Shown here one piece after another: positions 60,862-64,000 of a DNA stretch of 64,000 bases (the stretch's first letter is position 1; the number at the start of each line of letters is the position of its first letter). The notes under the pieces are model-generated. The model was not told where the DNA came from. It ran no database searches and saw nothing but the letters and a program-made list of their open reading frames with translations. Made by a program: the position numbers and the translations under genes. Source of the DNA: an uncultured Phycisphaerales bacterium (GTDB lineage: Bacteria > Planctomycetota > Phycisphaerae > Tepidisphaerales > Tepidisphaeraceae); assembly GCA_963755915.1 (NCBI GenBank), contig CAVWLP010000002.1, forward strand, positions 3,328,001 to 3,392,000, written 5' to 3'.

Positions 60862-63552
60862 ATGGCACGCAAGAGCGGAAAACATCTCGTGATCGTCGAG
60901 TCGCCTGCGAAGGCGAAGACGATCAACAAATACCTCGGCGACGACTACATCGTAAAAGCCAGCATGGGGCATGTCCGCGATCTGCCTTCCAAGGGGATGG
61001 GCGTGGACCTCAAGACTTTCCAGCCGGATTATGAGGTGCTGGAAAGCCGCAGCAAGGTGATCGGGGAGCTTAAAAAGCTGGCGAAGGAAAGCGATAAGAT
61101 TTATCTGGCGACCGACTTGGACCGCGAGGGTGAGGCGATCGCCTGGCATCTGAAGGAAGCGCTGGAGATCCCGGATGACCGGGTGAACCGGGTCATCTTC
61201 AACGCGATCACCAAGAGCGAAATCCAGAAGGCGTTTAAGACGCCACACAATATAGATATAGACCGGGTGAACGCCCAGCAGGCGCGGCGAATCCTGGACC
61301 GGATCGTGGGTTATGAAATCAGCCCGCTGCTGTGGCGAAAGGTCGCACGGGGGCTGTCGGCGGGGCGGGTGCAGTCGGTGGCGGTTCGGCTGGTGGTGGA
61401 GCGGGAACGGGAGATCGAGGAATTCCTGCCGGATGAGTTCTGGAAGATCGCGGCGATCTTTACGCCGGCGTCCCGGGCGGCCCATGAACTGGCGGGGAAA
61501 TGGATCGACTTCCTGACCAACACCGGCAACGGGGAGCGGACGAAGTTAGAGCGGGATAAATGGCTGGCGGAGCACTCTGCATTCGCGGCCGAGCTTGTGG
61601 AGTTCGCGGGGAAGAAATTCGAGGCGAATAACAAGGCGGATACGCGGAAAATCGCCGAAGCGCTGGGGTTTGTTGTCAGCGAAGAGCAGAATACCAAAGA
61701 CCCGCAGGGGAAGGGGCCGGCGGCGAATCTGACCAAATTTGTCGGGCGCATCGAGAAGGCGCCGGCGTTTACCGTCCGGTCGATTGAAACAAAGCGGGCG
61801 ACGAGCAAGCCTTCGGCGCCGTTCATTACCAGCACGCTTCAGCAGGGGGCGAGCAGCCGGCTCGGATTTGGGGCGCAGCGGACGATGCGGATCGCGCAGT
61901 CGCTTTATGAGGCGGGGCATATTACTTACATGCGAACGGACAGCACGAATATTTCGGCCGATGCGCTGTCGATGGCTCGCGATTACGTCGGCAAAACATT
62001 CGGTCCGCGGTATCTGCCGGAAAAGGCGGTCGTATATGCCTCCAGCAATAAATCGGCGCAGGAAGCGCACGAAGCGATTCGCCCGACGGATCTCTCGCTG
62101 AATCCGGAAGCGGCGCATGCGAAGCTGGGGGCGGATGATTCGCGGCTTTATCAGCTTATCTGGAACCGGTTCGTGGCGTGCCAGATGTCGCCGGCAGAGT
62201 TTGATGCGACGACCGTTGTGATTGACGCGCCGACGAGCTCGGGGCAGGCGGTATTTCGGGCGGCGGGGCGGAAACTGGTGTTTGACGGGTTCATGCGGGT
62301 GACGGGAGTATCGAGCGAAGACCAGCTTTTGCCGGAGTTAACGGAGGGCAAGCCAGTGGTTCCGGTGCAGATTGATCCGAGCCAGCATTTCACGCAGCCG
62401 CCGCCGCGGTTTAGCGAGGCTTCGCTGGTGAAGGAGTTGGAGCGGCTGGGGATCGGGCGGCCGAGCACGTATGCGTCGATCATTCAGACGATTCAGGATC
62501 GGGAGTATGTCGAGCAGATCAATCGGCGGTTCTTTGCGACCATGCTCGGGTCGATTGTTACGGACAAACTCATTCAAGCCTTCCCGGAAATCATGGATGT
62601 CAGCTTTACGGCGGACATGGAAGGGAAGCTGGACGAGATCGAGGAGCATCACCTCGACTGGATCAAGCTGCTGAAGAATTTCTACGGGCCGTTCCATGAA
62701 ACCGTTGATGGGGCGCTGGATAAGCTCGAACACGCGGGTGGGACGGCGTCGCCTTATACGTGCGAAAAGTGCGGATCGCCGATGGTCTATCGCATCAGCA
62801 AGAACGGATTTTTCCTGAGCTGCACGCGATACCCGGAATGCGACGGGATCAAGGCGGTGGATAAGCAGGGTAAGCCGAAGATGATGGAGAAGAGCGAATT
62901 CAAATGCCCGAACTGCGGGCGTGAGATGCGGAAGATGAAGGGGCGATTCGGCGAGTTCCTGGGGTGCACGGGATACAACATCAAGAAAGAGGATGGGACG
63001 CGGGAGTGTGAGACGATCATCAATCTGGACAAAGAGGGGAAACCGATGCCGCCGAAGGCGAAGGTTCTCACGCCGATCAAGTGCGAGAAGTGCGGCAACG
63101 CGATGATCCTGCGGAACAGCAAGCGCGGGCCGTTCCTGGGATGCAGCAATTTCCCCAAGTGCCGGGCAACAAAGCAGGTAGCGAAGATGACGGGGGAGGA
63201 TTTGAAAACGGTCGCGGCGCTGCTTCCGAAGCTGCAGGAAGGCGGGGATAAGGCGTTGAAGCTGGTCGCCCAGCTCACCGGAGCGCCGGTGGCCGCGGCG
63301 AATGGGAATACCGGGCCGATTGCGACAGATATCGACTGCGACGAGTGTGGGAAGCCGATGGTGATCCGGACCGGGCGGCGGGGGAAATTCCTGGGGTGCA
63401 GCGGGTATCCGAAGTGTAAGAATACGGCGGAAGTGCCGGCGAAATTGCTGGAGGAGCTGGGGCTGAATGGGAATGGAAATGGGGAGGCGGCGAAGCCGCT
63501 TACGCCGCCGGTGGCTTCGCATGATCATGAAGAGGAAGCGGACGCGGCGTAG
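60862..63552 (+). CDS. topA: DNA topoisomerase I with C-terminal zinc ribbons
   Basis: LVIVESPAKAKTI, DLDREGE, SAGRVQS, ITYMRTDS, AHEAIRPT, several CxxC..FLGC repeats. Confidence 0.97.
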   Translation: MARKSGKHLVIVESPAKAKTINKYLGDDYIVKASMGHVRDLPSKGMGVDLKTFQPDYEVLESRSKVIGELKKLAKESDKIYLATDLDREGEAIAWHLKEALEIPDDRVNRVIFNAITKSEIQKAFKTPHNIDIDRVNAQQARRILDRIVGYEISPLLWRKVARGLSAGRVQSVAVRLVVEREREIEEFLPDEFWKIAAIFTPASRAAHELAGKWIDFLTNTGNGERTKLERDKWLAEHSAFAAELVEFAGKKFEANNKADTRKIAEALGFVVSEEQNTKDPQGKGPAANLTKFVGRIEKAPAFTVRSIETKRATSKPSAPFITSTLQQGASSRLGFGAQRTMRIAQSLYEAGHITYMRTDSTNISADALSMARDYVGKTFGPRYLPEKAVVYASSNKSAQEAHEAIRPTDLSLNPEAAHAKLGADDSRLYQLIWNRFVACQMSPAEFDATTVVIDAPTSSGQAVFRAAGRKLVFDGFMRVTGVSSEDQLLPELTEGKPVVPVQIDPSQHFTQPPPRFSEASLVKELERLGIGRPSTYASIIQTIQDREYVEQINRRFFATMLGSIVTDKLIQAFPEIMDVSFTADMEGKLDEIEEHHLDWIKLLKNFYGPFHETVDGALDKLEHAGGTASPYTCEKCGSPMVYRISKNGFFLSCTRYPECDGIKAVDKQGKPKMMEKSEFKCPNCGREMRKMKGRFGEFLGCTGYNIKKEDGTRECETIINLDKEGKPMPPKAKVLTPIKCEKCGNAMILRNSKRGPFLGCSNFPKCRATKQVAKMTGEDLKTVAALLPKLQEGGDKALKLVAQLTGAPVAAANGNTGPIATDIDCDECGKPMVIRTGRRGKFLGCSGYPKCKNTAEVPAKLLEELGLNGNGNGEAAKPLTPPVASHDHEEEADAA

Positions 63553-63763
63553 TAGGGTCCCCGGGGCAGTTCCGCTCTTATGCCCTCTCTCAGGCTCCAG
63601 GCCGACCTCCCTACATCTATTAAACTGCCCCGAAAATCAATTCCTCCCGCTTTCCCCCCTCAACTGGTACAAGCACCGCTGGTTCAATTTCCGACAAGAC
63701 AGAAGGCTCGAATTCGGACCACCAATTTCGACATCCGATATTTAATAATCTCGGGGGCCCTAC
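63552..63763. repeat. GTAG-type REP/REPIN-like structured region
   Basis: GTAGGGTCCCCG ... CGGGGGCCCTAC terminal inverted repeat; inner CGGGGCAGTT/AACTGCCCCG. Confidence 0.6.
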
Positions 63764-63813
63764 AGCTCCTAAATCCGCGAACCGTTATCAGCCTCCAGAA
63801 TAATTGCTAGCGC

Positions 63814-63836
63814 TTGACAGTGAGGCGGGATATAAT
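63814..63836 (+). promoter_or_regulatory. Promoter-like TTGACA-N11-TATAAT
   Basis: Both hexamers are perfect consensus but the spacer is only 11 bp; a possible ORF starts at 63936 and runs off the window. Confidence 0.45.
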
Positions 63837-64000
63837 CTCGCACAGCTGAACCGGTCGGACCACATTAAACCCGTATCGGCGTTAATCTGGCGATCGCCAA
63901 TTTATCGAGTCGGATTTCGCCTTCGAGAGTGGAACATGGTATTCAGGCGAACAGAAGCATTGACAGCAATTGCCGACGGGCTAGGAGCGATCAAGTCCTC

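Overview
GC-rich bacterial chromosomal segment, most likely a planctomycete of class Phycisphaerae (Tepidisphaerales-like). This is inferred from ATQP/TTQP linkers, a CxxCGYNLxGL..RCPECG zinc ribbon, a PEP-CTERM protein with a dockerin-like tail and the flagellar gene order. Left part: right end of an IS21 element (istA 3' part, istB, IRR), rsfS, a metallophosphoesterase and a membrane protein/HTH-membrane protein/OmpA-lipoprotein trio. Next is a ~27 kb flagellar region: TPR protein, FlgN-like protein, sensorless histidine kinase, sigma54 activator, flgBC-fliEFGHIJ-motE-fliK-flgDE-flbD-fliL-fliNOPQR-flhBAFG-fliA, with no fliM or motAB. The middle holds housekeeping and envelope genes (Gfo oxidoreductase, Rrf2, DedA, tsaB, methyltransferase, ftsW, GT2, UDP-GlcA decarboxylase), a complete IS4 with a 9-bp TSD, a GH71/99-like hydrolase and two PEP-CTERM-type genes bracketed by duplicated 3' ends of a DUF1326 gene. 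The right part has a Tat-exported PaoABC/YagTSR-like molybdoenzyme operon, a GNAT, bioA, a DUF62 SAM hydrolase, pcm, recG and topA. About 23 genes, including tsaB, recG and ftsW, carry single-base frameshifts, most likely long-read consensus errors. Most unexpected observations: (i) two homologous ~170-bp non-coding elements with triple 10-mer arms whose 4-nt core differs between copies, with identical 109-bp inner spacing and an attP-like layout; (ii) an integrase-less PEP-CTERM cassette bounded by repeats of a gene 3' end; (iii) a FliN carrying the FliM CheY-binding peptide in an operon without fliM or motAB; (iv) candidate promoters with an 11-bp spacer; (v) several REP-like families, some translated inside proteins; (vi) short strand-skew domains. 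All calls come from reading the sequence; no database searches were run.
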